Below, piece by piece: positions 18,889 through 27,931 of a stretch of DNA of 64,000 nt. The stretch is from Ostreococcus lucimarinus. Its lineage: Eukaryota. Location of the stretch: assembly GCA_000092065.1 (NCBI GenBank), contig CP000599.1, one strand, 5' to 3'. Position 1 is the stretch's first letter. Every line of letters starts with the position of its first letter. The notes under the pieces were generated by a model. The model did no database searches, was not told the DNA's origin, and saw only the letters and a program-made list of their open reading frames with translations. Made by a program: the position numbers and the translations under genes.

Positions 18889-20460
18889 CTAGCCGACGAA
18901 TTCGGCCGACATCCCATCGCCACCGCGAGACGGTGCGCGGACGCAGAGCAAAACGCGGGCCAACGTATTAATCTTCTTACCGTCACGCTCGGACTGTAAA
19001 ATGTCTTTACCATCCATGACGGAGACGGTTTCCGCGGCGGCGTTGCTTCCAGCCAAGACGAGCGAGGACGTCTTAGCGACGAGATAATACTGGCCGAAGC
19101 GCGGTGAGTTGTCGGATTTATCGGAGATCAATAAACCGGGCTCGGCCTTGTCTTTGACGCCCTCGATGTCCGTCTGCGACGTGTCGTCGATGAACAAAGC
19201 GAAGGGCGCTACGGCTTGGAGCAACAGATCCCACTTCGGCAACGCCACCCAATCGGTGTTGGCCTGCGGCGAGAACACACCAAAGATGTTTCCGGTGTTC
19301 TCGAGAACACCTGCGGTGCGAACCTTTGCGGCGGTGACCTTGTTCAAGTTTCCGATGACTGGCATCGGGATGAATAGGAACTCGGCTTCCTCGAGGCGAA
19401 CGACTTGGAGCTCCGCCTCGCGAGCGCCTTCGTCGGATTCACCGTTGGCGAGCGAGCCGCCTTCGCCCAGTTTTGTGCGCTTAAACAGTTCCACCGCCGT
19501 CGCCATGCGCGCCTTGGCTTTTTCCGTGACGGCGTACAGCATACCGCGTTCGAAAATCTTGAGCGCCTCCTCCTCGCCCTGGTACCGCTGCAACTCGAGA
19601 ATGTCGCGATAGAGCTTGTAAGCCAAAATGTCCCCCGGCGTGTCGTTGAAATCTCTGGCCGCCACCGTGCGAACGTTGGCGGATTTAATTTCGTACGCCT
19701 TGACCAATTCGCGCGTTTGTGTTTCTTCAAATTCGTTGTCGACGACGAACGTCGCCGCCGCCGCGCGCGTCGCCGCGGGCATGTACATAATTTGCGACAA
19801 GTTCGGCGCCCCGCGATATTCATCGTGGAAATACTCGAGCTTTGTGCTGTCGAAATCTAACCCTTCCTTCAAGCTCGCGTAGCACTGCAACCACACCACC
19901 CACGTCGCCTGTTCCTTCGGTTCGATGCCCGTCGCGTCGAAGATGTCCGTCGACGTCATCCCCTTCGCCTGCAACGGTCTGATAAATTTCGCCAGCGTGA
20001 ACCACATCCCCGCGCGCTGTCGCATAAGCATCATCATTCTCTCCGGGTCGTTCTCATCCTCGCTCACTTTCGCCGCTTCGTACGTCTCCGGCGGCTTGAA
20101 CGGCTCGTACGCCCCCTGCAACTCGCCGCCAACCTTTGGAATCACCCCCGCCGGTCCTTTCCGCTCCCCAGCCGTCGTCGCCCCCCCGCTCATCGGGTTC
20201 CTCTGCACCACCACGGCGTCGGCGTCGAATCCATCCATCCCCGGCACGATCAGCCCCCCCCCCGGTGGTTTCGGCGCGCTCGCGCCGCCGCCGCCGAACG
20301 TCGGCAGCGCGCTCGGGTCAAATTGAAAATCATCATTCGTCGCCCGCGTCGCCCGATCCTCGCCCCTCCGCGTCGCCCGTCGCGTCCGCGCGCGTCGCCC
20401 GTCGCGTCCCGCGCGTCCCGCGCTCGCGACGACGCGCGCGCGCGCGCCCGCGACGCGCAT
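18889..20460 (-). CDS. RAF1: Rubisco accumulation factor 1 (RAF1), chloroplast
   Basis: Transit-peptide-like N-terminus, then ...YEPFKPP...RAGMWFTLAKFIRPL...GIEPKEQATWVVWLQ...; domain order and motifs match plant/cyanobacterial Raf1. A TGTAA signal lies downstream on the minus strand. Confidence 0.65.
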   Translation of the reverse strand: MRVAGARARVVASAGRAGRDGRRARTRRATRRGEDRATRATNDDFQFDPSALPTFGGGGASAPKPPGGGLIVPGMDGFDADAVVVQRNPMSGGATTAGERKGPAGVIPKVGGELQGAYEPFKPPETYEAAKVSEDENDPERMMMLMRQRAGMWFTLAKFIRPLQAKGMTSTDIFDATGIEPKEQATWVVWLQCYASLKEGLDFDSTKLEYFHDEYRGAPNLSQIMYMPAATRAAAATFVVDNEFEETQTRELVKAYEIKSANVRTVAARDFNDTPGDILAYKLYRDILELQRYQGEEEALKIFERGMLYAVTEKAKARMATAVELFKRTKLGEGGSLANGESDEGAREAELQVVRLEEAEFLFIPMPVIGNLNKVTAAKVRTAGVLENTGNIFGVFSPQANTDWVALPKWDLLLQAVAPFALFIDDTSQTDIEGVKDKAEPGLLISDKSDNSPRFGQYYLVAKTSSLVLAGSNAAAETVSVMDGKDILQSERDGKKINTLARVLLCVRAPSRGGDGMSAEFVG

Positions 20461-20903
20461 CTTTTCGTTCGCGCGTCGCTTTTTCGCGTATCCGACTCGA
20501 CGACGCTCGAGCCGCGTCGATCGGTCCGCGCGCGCGTCGCGTCGCGCGTCGCGTCGTTCACGACTCGCTCGGCCGTCGATCGATCGAAGTCTCGGGCGTC
20601 GTCGATCGTCGTCGACGCGCGCGCGACGACGTGTGCGCGCGCCTCGGGGGGGCGGCGGCGGTCGATGCCCTAGCGAAACCCTCGTTACGTATTATACGCT
20701 AAATTCGCCGATGTAGCGAAGAATCGCGATCGCGCGCGATCGATCGCACCCGCTTTTCGCGCGATCGACGGCGCGTCGATCGCGATCGACGCGCGATCGA
20801 CGGCGCGTCGATCGACCCGAGACGTCGCCGCCGCGCGACGAACCGAACGCGCGCCGACGATCGCGCCGGTCCGCCTTTACGCCGCGCGCATCGATCGCGC
20901 GTC

Positions 20904-22135
20904 ATGGCGGTCGGAAAGAACAAGCGCATGTCCAAGGGCAAGAAGGGCGGGAAGAAGAAAGCGTGCGTGCGCGACGCGACCCGAACGACCGCGAGGCGAC
21001 GCGCGAGGCGACGGGAAGAGGATCGATCGACGCGACGGGCGAAAGAAGGACGCGGGACGACGACGACGACGGGCGACGCCGGGGGGGGTGACGGACGCGC
21101 GCGAAGCGCGAGGACGCGCGAGAAGGCGCGAGACGGTGGATCAAAATCGCGACCGTCGATGGGGGGCGCGACGGGCGCGCGAGCGCGCGGGAGGAGGACG
21201 CGGGGGAGGGGGACGGCGACGCGATCGATGCGCGTTTAGGGCTTGCGGAATGACGATGGGACGACGACTGACGCCAAGTGTTCGCTCGTCGCGCAGTGTT
21301 GACCCGTTCACGAAGAAGGATTGGTATGATATTAAGGCGCCGAGCATGTTCTCCGTGAGAAACATCGGCAAGACGCTCGTGAGCCGCACGCAAGGGACCA
21401 AGGTAGGGCGCGCGCGAGATGAGGGTTAAAAGCCCTAGCGAACGACGCGACGCGACGCGGCGCGGATTCGAGGAACGGTTGACTGACGATGACGAACGAT
21501 GTTTTGCGCGAAAATAGATTGCCTCCGATGGCTTGAAGGGACGGATCTTTGAAATCTCCCTCGCGGACTTGAACAACGACGAGGACCAGAGCTTCCGCAA
21601 GATGAAGCTCAAGTGCGAAGACGTGCAAGGCAAGAACGTGTTGACGAATTTCGCGGGCATGGATTTCACCACGGATAAGATTCGCTCGTTGGTTCGTAAG
21701 TGGTTCTCTTTGATTGAGTGCTTCGTTGACGTGAAGACGACGGATGGGTACACGCTTCGCGTGTTTTGCATCGGTTTCACCAAGCGACGCATGGATCAAG
21801 CCAAGCGCACGTGCTACGCGCAGAGCGCGCAGATTCGTAAGATTCGCGCCAAGATGGTTGAAATCATCACGCGCGAGTGCACGACGTGCGACTTGAAGGA
21901 ACTCGTCTTGAAGTTCATCCCGGAGGTCATCGGCAAGGAGATTGAAAAGTCTTGCGCCGGTATTTACCCGCTTCAAAACGTGTACATTCGCAAGGTCAAA
22001 ATCTTGAAGGCGCCGAAGTTTGACTTGACCAAGCTCATGGAGGTGCACGGTGATTACAGCGGTGAAGCCGTCGGTGAGGCCGTGGCGCGACCGGTCGAGG
22101 AGAAGGCTGAGGAAACTGCGGAGGCTGCGGAATAA
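20904..22135 (+). CDS. RPS3A: Cytosolic ribosomal protein eS1 (RPS3A); 3 exons: 20904..20962, 21297..21402, 21518..22135
   Basis: Exon 1 is [19 protein letters not shown] + gc, followed by a GTGCGT donor. Intron 1 is 334 nt and ends ..GACGACTGACG..CGCGCAG|. Exon 2 is (A)[35 protein letters not shown], followed by a GTAGGG donor. Intron 2 is 115 nt and ends ..TTGACTGACG..AAAATAG|. Exon 3 is [18 protein letters not shown]...[21 protein letters not shown].... The product is colinear with eukaryotic eS1 throughout. Confidence 0.92.
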
Positions 22136-22452
22136 GTCGATGACTTGATCCAAAGATGTTTCGTCGACGCCGGCGGCGTTTTTTGAAAGACGTCGGCGAC
22201 GCCGGCGAGCGCGACGACGCGCGAGTTGTCTCGCGCGTCATCGTTTACGGGGGTGTTTGAACGAATGAGGAGACATTTTTACTAGACTGAAATTCTCGCC
22301 GATCTCATTTCGAGGGTGACGCGTTTGTAATGAATGAATGCGAGCGCGTTTACAAATTTTGCGAGCTCGTCGTCTGCGATGCGTCCCGACGGCGACTCGA
22401 TCGCGGCGTCGGAACGTTTCGATAAAATAGTATGCTCTTCGTGATTGATTGA

Positions 22453-23952
22453 TTAAAACATCGCCTTAATGTCTTCGTAACGCGGCGCGGCGTGGAGCTC
22501 GCCGGTCATGGCCACCGTGGGCGCGCTCGCGAGCAAGTCGCTCGCGACTTTTTGCACGTCTTGCGCGCTCACCGCGCGCACTTCGGCGATGAAGTCCGCC
22601 GCACTCTTGCGGTACTTGTAAGTCAGCATTTGTCGCCCGATGTCTTCCGCGACGACAGCCTTGGACTCCAAGTTCATCAAGATCGAGCTCACCGTGGCGT
22701 TCTTGGCGCGTTCGAGCTCTTGCGGGCTCACGCCCCCGCTCGCGGCGACGGCTTGAAGCTCGCCCGCCATCACCTTCACCATGTCACCGGTGTGCGCGCT
22801 GTTCGCCATGGCGGAGATCCCGACGATCCCGGTGTCGTTGAAGATGCTGTGGAACGCCGTGCAGTTTTGCGCCCAAGAATATCTGTTCAACACGCGAGTG
22901 TAAAGGCGCGAGTACATGCCTTTCCCCGGCCCCCCGGCGCTAAACGACCCGCCGCCGCCGAGCAACATCGTCAGCACCGTCATCGCGGTCGAGGCCTTGG
23001 TGTCGCGCCAGCCACCCTTGAACTCAAACCCGAGCACGATGGACGTGATCGGGGAATCGCTCTTTTGTCTAAAATCACCCCCCACGTACGTCGTCGGCGT
23101 CTCGGGCGAACCCTCGCCGCTCGGAAGCGTCGCCAACATCGGCTCCGCGATTCGCACGAGCTCGTCGTGTTCGCACCCGCTCGCCGCGAGCACGACGCGC
23201 GGAGCGGTGAAGTTCTCTCGCACGAACTCTCTCAGAGCGTCGCCCGTGATGTGACTCAGATCCCCGCTCGGCGCCACGAGGGCGTGCCCCAAGCCCCCCG
23301 CGTACGCCGTCGCGTGCGTCGCCTCCATCAACAACGCCTGCGGGTTCTCGTTCAACTCCTTCACCTCGGTCTTCAGATTCTCCACCACTCGTTCGATCTC
23401 GTGATTCTCCAACGCCGGATTCAGCGCGCAATCGAGCAACAATTCCACCGTCTCCGCCGCGCGCGTCTTCAGCGCATCCGCCGCGAAGCAAAACTGTTCC
23501 CTGCTCGCGCTCGCGCTCAGATTCGCCCCGATCGTCTCGCACTCTCGCGTCACCCTGAACCCACTTCGATGTTTCGTCGCCCTGAACGCCGCGCGCTCCA
23601 GCGCGTGCGAGAATCCGCGCTTCCACGGCGCGTCCTCGCGCGCGCTCCCGCAGTCCACGTACGCCCCGCACGCCAGCGTCGCTCCCGGCGTGTTCTCGCT
23701 CGCGATCGTCGCCCCGTTCGCGAGCACCGTCACCGACGTCGTCGGCGGCGCCGTCGCGCGCGCCTCCGTCGGCGCGTCGTGCGCGTGCGTCTCGCTCATC
23801 GGCGCGAACGTCGTCGCCTTGCCGCCCGACCCGAAGATCGCGGCGAGCGCGCCGTTCGTCGCCTTCGCGTCCGCGCGCGGTCCACCGAGCGCGGGTTTCG
23901 CCGCCGCCGCGTACGCGCGTCGCAGCGCGCGGTTTTTCGCGCCGCGAAGCAT
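22453..23952 (-). CDS. MPPA: Mitochondrial processing peptidase alpha subunit (M16 family, HxxEH degenerated to HALER, glycine-rich loop)
   Basis: Reads ...GAYVDCGSAREDAPWKRGFSHALERAAFRATKHRS... with a GGGGSFSAGGPGKGMYSRLY glycine-rich loop typical of alpha-MPP. Start taken at ATG 23952 (presequence MLRGAKNRALRRAY...). Confidence 0.8.
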   Translation of the reverse strand: MLRGAKNRALRRAYAAAAKPALGGPRADAKATNGALAAIFGSGGKATTFAPMSETHAHDAPTEARATAPPTTSVTVLANGATIASENTPGATLACGAYVDCGSAREDAPWKRGFSHALERAAFRATKHRSGFRVTRECETIGANLSASASREQFCFAADALKTRAAETVELLLDCALNPALENHEIERVVENLKTEVKELNENPQALLMEATHATAYAGGLGHALVAPSGDLSHITGDALREFVRENFTAPRVVLAASGCEHDELVRIAEPMLATLPSGEGSPETPTTYVGGDFRQKSDSPITSIVLGFEFKGGWRDTKASTAMTVLTMLLGGGGSFSAGGPGKGMYSRLYTRVLNRYSWAQNCTAFHSIFNDTGIVGISAMANSAHTGDMVKVMAGELQAVAASGGVSPQELERAKNATVSSILMNLESKAVVAEDIGRQMLTYKYRKSAADFIAEVRAVSAQDVQKVASDLLASAPTVAMTGELHAAPRYEDIKAMF

Positions 23953-24371
23953 GGTCGACGTCCGCGCGCGTCGCGATCTCGCGCGATCGCGATCGCGATC
24001 GGGCGCGGTTTTCGTCGTATCAGCAAACAGTGAGAGATGGGCGCTCGTTCGGACATTCGGTGTCAGACCGCGTCCACGTCCAGTCACATGGGGTTCGTAT
24101 GCGCAGAGTACGGCGTGCGAGATCGTATTGCGATGGGACTCGACACCATGTATCGACTCGGTCCGTCGACGGAATGTCGGCACGTCGCGACGCGCGTCGA
24201 CGCGTCGTCGAAAACGCGCGCGCGCCTCGAGGTCGCGGCGACGCGACGCGTCGTCCAGGACGCGCGACGGCGCTCGCGCGCGCGACCGCGCCGACGCGCG
24301 CGCCGACGCGCGCGCCGACGAAGATTGCGAATCTGGGATTCGAACGTCGACGGGTCGTGACTCAAGACGCG

Positions 24372-25505
24372 ATGGGGGTCGGGCGCGGCGACGACGACGG
24401 CGCGACGAGCGACGACGAAAGCCTCGCGCGCGCCGCGAGCGAGGCGCGAAGTGCGGCGGACGCGTGCGCGGACGCGTCGGCGCGCGCGATCGAGCGGGCG
24501 CGGGCGACGGTGGAGACGCACGCGAGACGACGCGCGGCGAGCGACGCGCGCGCGGCGACGCTCGAACGCGAGCGAGACGCGCTGCGCGCGGAGTGCGAGC
24601 GCCTGCGCGAGAGACTGGGGAGGGAGATCGTCGCGCGAGGGGCGCTGGAGGATGGTTTGGACGCGCCGACGACGGAGGCGCTGCGAGGGGAGTGCGAGTT
24701 GTATCGCGAGGCGACGCGAAAGTATCGCAAACGCGCGGAGCACTACGAGGCGCTGTACAGAGCGGCGAGAAGGGGGGTCGGCGCGGAGGGAGGGGACGTC
24801 GCGCGCGAGGCGCGAGAAGGGGCGAAGCTGCGCCCGCGCGCGTTCGAGCGCGCGCGAAGCGAAGAGGAACGGGTGAGGAAATTTAAACGCGCGGCGCGCG
24901 ACGACGGCGCGCGAGAGGGCGCGGAGGACGCGCTCTGGGGGGCGGGGACGACGAGGAAACCGTCGACGCGCGGCGCGTTCGTGGACGTCGTTCCGGCGTC
25001 GCCGTCGTCGAGAGACGACGAGGACGCGCGAGGGCGCGCGCGAGCTCGAAAGGGCGCGCCGCCGCTGGATCGAATTTTTCTCGATTCGAAAAACACGCGC
25101 GCGGCGAGACGCGATTCGACGACGTCGAGCGAGAACAAGGTTCGTAAGAACAAGCGCTTGAGCGATAACGCGCCGAAATCGCCCGATGCCGTGTTCGAGG
25201 CCGCCGACGCCGACGCCGCGGCGCGTAAAGAAAAACGCAGCGTCGTCAAGTGCGTGGAAGTCGTGCGCAAGAAGCGCGAGCGCGAGCTCTTGACGTCGTA
25301 CGTGTGCGAAGATTGTCAGACGTTTTACGACGCGATGATGCCGAACAAGGATCGCGCGACGATCAAGTGCACGCACGCGCCTAAAATGAACGGTATCGGT
25401 GGCGACGCGCCGTCGAATTCGCGCCATCGCGCGAAGTGGGCGCCCGAGCCCGCGCCGAAGGGTTTCTGGAATCTCGCGTTTACGCCGCCCGAGCGAGACG
25501 GGTGA
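24372..25505 (+). CDS. COM1: CtIP/COM1/Sae2-family DNA-end resection factor (coiled coil + conserved C-terminal domain)
   Basis: The C-terminus reads ...YVCEDCQTFYDAMMPNKDRATIKCTHAPKMNGIGGDAPSNSRHRAKWAPEPAPKGFWNLAFTPPE. This matches the CtIP C-terminal motif CxxCxxFY...SRHR...PxxFWxxxFP. An upstream coiled coil is present. The first ATG is at 24372. Confidence 0.7.
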   Translation: MGVGRGDDDGATSDDESLARAASEARSAADACADASARAIERARATVETHARRRAASDARAATLERERDALRAECERLRERLGREIVARGALEDGLDAPTTEALRGECELYREATRKYRKRAEHYEALYRAARRGVGAEGGDVAREAREGAKLRPRAFERARSEEERVRKFKRAARDDGAREGAEDALWGAGTTRKPSTRGAFVDVVPASPSSRDDEDARGRARARKGAPPLDRIFLDSKNTRAARRDSTTSSENKVRKNKRLSDNAPKSPDAVFEAADADAAARKEKRSVVKCVEVVRKKRERELLTSYVCEDCQTFYDAMMPNKDRATIKCTHAPKMNGIGGDAPSNSRHRAKWAPEPAPKGFWNLAFTPPERDG

Positions 25506-25630
25506 GCGCGCGCGAGAGAATGTCGCGGTATTCATGATTCATTCGTTCGTATGATTAAAGAAACGAAATTGTAGTGATAAGGTTAGTTCTGTACTCTAAC
25601 GTCCCGCGAGCGTCGTCTCGACTCGCGAAT

Positions 25631-26485
25631 TCACGCCGTCTTCGTCTTTCCCGGCGCCTCCGCCGCGGGCGCCGGCAGCATCGACGCGATGTTCACCGCG
25701 CTCAAAAACATTCCGAGCGCCCCGATTTTCCTCTTCGACATCTTCACCTTCTCCAACAGCGCCAACGCCAGGATCGCCTGCGCGCTGTTCGTGATCAGTC
25801 CCACGAACACCTTTCGCGCCCGCTTTCGCAACGCCTCGACCTCGCGCTCGCGCGCCTCGCGTTCGTCCGCGTCCAAGTCCTCATCCGCGTCCACGAACGG
25901 CGACGTGTTCTCCCCGTCCCGCGTCTTCGGCGCGTTCCCATCTTCTCCGAACCCTTTCTCTCGCATCACGTCCAACAGCGCGTTCAGCTCGTTCGTGTCT
26001 AAAAACAACCCGCTCGCGCTTCCGAAAAACCATCCCCAATAGCTCAGGCGTTGAAACCTCCCTCGCGCGTCCTCCTTCCCCGTCCCGCACGCCCCCGACG
26101 CGCACGCCCACACCAAGTGATCGAACGCAAAGTAACACGTCATCCCGAGCGCTCGAATCGTCTCCGCCGCGCTCGTCGGCGCGTCGCTCGCTCGTTTTCT
26201 CGCCGCCGTCGCCGCGCTCTCCAGCGGCTTCACGATTCGAAACGGTTTCCGGCTCATCCCGATCGACGCCGACGCGCTCGTCAGCTTTCCCGGCGCCCCG
26301 TTCGACGCGCACAGCGTCGCGTACTGCGCGAACGCCAGCGTCTTATCGCGCGCGTCGTACGAGCTCAGGAACGATTTCGCGAGCGCCAGCGCGCGCAGCG
26401 CGCGATCGAGCGCATCCTCGCGCGTCGTCGCCCGCGTCGTCGCCCGCGTCGCGCCGGGCGCGGGCGCCTTGCGTCCCGTCGTCAT
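25631..26485 (-). CDS. PEX11: Peroxin 11 (PEX11) peroxisomal membrane protein
   Basis: ...ETIRALGMTCYFAFDHLVWACASGA...RFQRLSYWGWFFGSASGL... aligns with PEX11B ...YFACDNVLWAGKSGL...RSFRYYLFSL.... C-terminal TM segment. Start taken at ATG 26485. Confidence 0.65.
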   Translation of the reverse strand: MTTGRKAPAPGATRATTRATTREDALDRALRALALAKSFLSSYDARDKTLAFAQYATLCASNGAPGKLTSASASIGMSRKPFRIVKPLESAATAARKRASDAPTSAAETIRALGMTCYFAFDHLVWACASGACGTGKEDARGRFQRLSYWGWFFGSASGLFLDTNELNALLDVMREKGFGEDGNAPKTRDGENTSPFVDADEDLDADEREAREREVEALRKRARKVFVGLITNSAQAILALALLEKVKMSKRKIGALGMFLSAVNIASMLPAPAAEAPGKTKTA

Positions 26486-26793
26486 CGCCGCGCGCGCGTC
26501 CGAATCTCGCGCGCGTCGTCGCGGCGCGCGCGCGCGCGACGATCGTCGCGCCATCCGAAATCCAAAACCCAAAACCCAACGCATGGGCATTCGCACGCAC
26601 AAAGTACGCAATTCAAACTCGTATTGCATCACTCGAAATCCCCATCCGTGTGCGCGCGCGTCGACGCGTCGTCGACCGCGACGCCGCGACGCTCGCGCTC
26701 GATAAAATTAATATACGCATTCTAGATGCGTACTCTACGCACCGAAACCCCCGTCTCGGCGCGTCCCGCGCCCCCCTCACACCGACGCGCGCC

Positions 26794-27816
26794 ATGTCGC
26801 GCGCGCTCCTGACGCGCGCGACGCGCGCGATCGCGCGATCGCGCGCGCGGACGTGCCACGACCAAATCGCGCTCGACGTGCCGCCGTCGAGCGTCGTGAC
26901 GGCGAGCGATAAGTTTTGGTTCGACACGAACGGGTTTTTGATTTTACGAAACGCGTTCGATAAATCGGCGATACGCGCGATGAACGCCGCGATCGACGCG
27001 CGAATCGACGATCCGACGATCGAGCGCAAGGGGAACCTTCGGCTGACGAAGCGAGGCGGACCGCTGAGCGGCGACGGGACGACGGGGCGGAAAGACGTGG
27101 CGGGATTTTTGGGGTGGCCGAGGGGCGAGCGCGAGGCGTTTCGAGACGTGCTGACGCACGAGAGGCTGGTGCCGTACCTGCACGAGTTTTGCGGGCGAGG
27201 GTACAGGTTGGATCATAATCCGCTGTGCATCGCGCAGGATCCCGGGGCGGAGGGATTCGAGTTTCACGGAGGGAGCGCGACGGAGGACGGACGGTGGAAC
27301 TGGCCGCTGGCGTACGCGGTGGAGCAGGGGCAGATTCGGTGTAATCTACTGGCGGTGGCGGTGCCGCTGACGGACGTCAAGGAGGGCGAGGGGGGGTTCG
27401 TCATCGTGCGCGGGTCGCACAAGAGTCGGTTTCCGGCGCCGGCGGCGGTGAAGCGGTACGAGGACGGGCCGGAGCACGGGTACGCGCCGGCGCTCAACGC
27501 GGGCGACGCGGTGCTGTTTAGCGAAGCGACAACGCACGGGACGCTGGCGTGGAAGGGGAAGTCCCAGAGAAGGACGCTGATTTATCGCTTCTCGCCCGCG
27601 ACGAACGCGTACGGACGCGGGTACTCGCCCGAGTGGCCGGAAAACTGGACGGATGGGATGACGCCGGCGCAACTGGCGACGCTGCAGCCGCCGTATCATC
27701 CGCGATTGGATCGCGACGCAGTGGCGGACGATGGGATCAACGTCATCAAACCCGCGGCGCGCGAGACGTTCAAGGTGGAATTCGACGAGAAAATTTTCAA
27801 GTCAAAGTATTTTTAG
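26794..27816 (+). CDS. Phytanoyl-CoA dioxygenase (PhyH) family Fe(II)/2-oxoglutarate oxygenase
   Basis: Reads ...FWFDTNGFLILRNAF...HNPLCIAQDPG...GGFVIVRGSHKSRF...GDAVLFSEATTHGTLAWKG (HxD...H facial triad context). Start at ATG 26794. Confidence 0.7.
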   Translation: MSRALLTRATRAIARSRARTCHDQIALDVPPSSVVTASDKFWFDTNGFLILRNAFDKSAIRAMNAAIDARIDDPTIERKGNLRLTKRGGPLSGDGTTGRKDVAGFLGWPRGEREAFRDVLTHERLVPYLHEFCGRGYRLDHNPLCIAQDPGAEGFEFHGGSATEDGRWNWPLAYAVEQGQIRCNLLAVAVPLTDVKEGEGGFVIVRGSHKSRFPAPAAVKRYEDGPEHGYAPALNAGDAVLFSEATTHGTLAWKGKSQRRTLIYRFSPATNAYGRGYSPEWPENWTDGMTPAQLATLQPPYHPRLDRDAVADDGINVIKPAARETFKVEFDEKIFKSKYF

Positions 27817-27931
27817 AGGGCGAAAGTCTTCGCGAGCCGCGTCGCTCGAAGCGGCGAAATTGTTTATTTTAATCGCACCAGCGCATCATTCTTTCTTTCT
27901 TTCATTTTATTACAATCGCGCGGTCTTCAAG

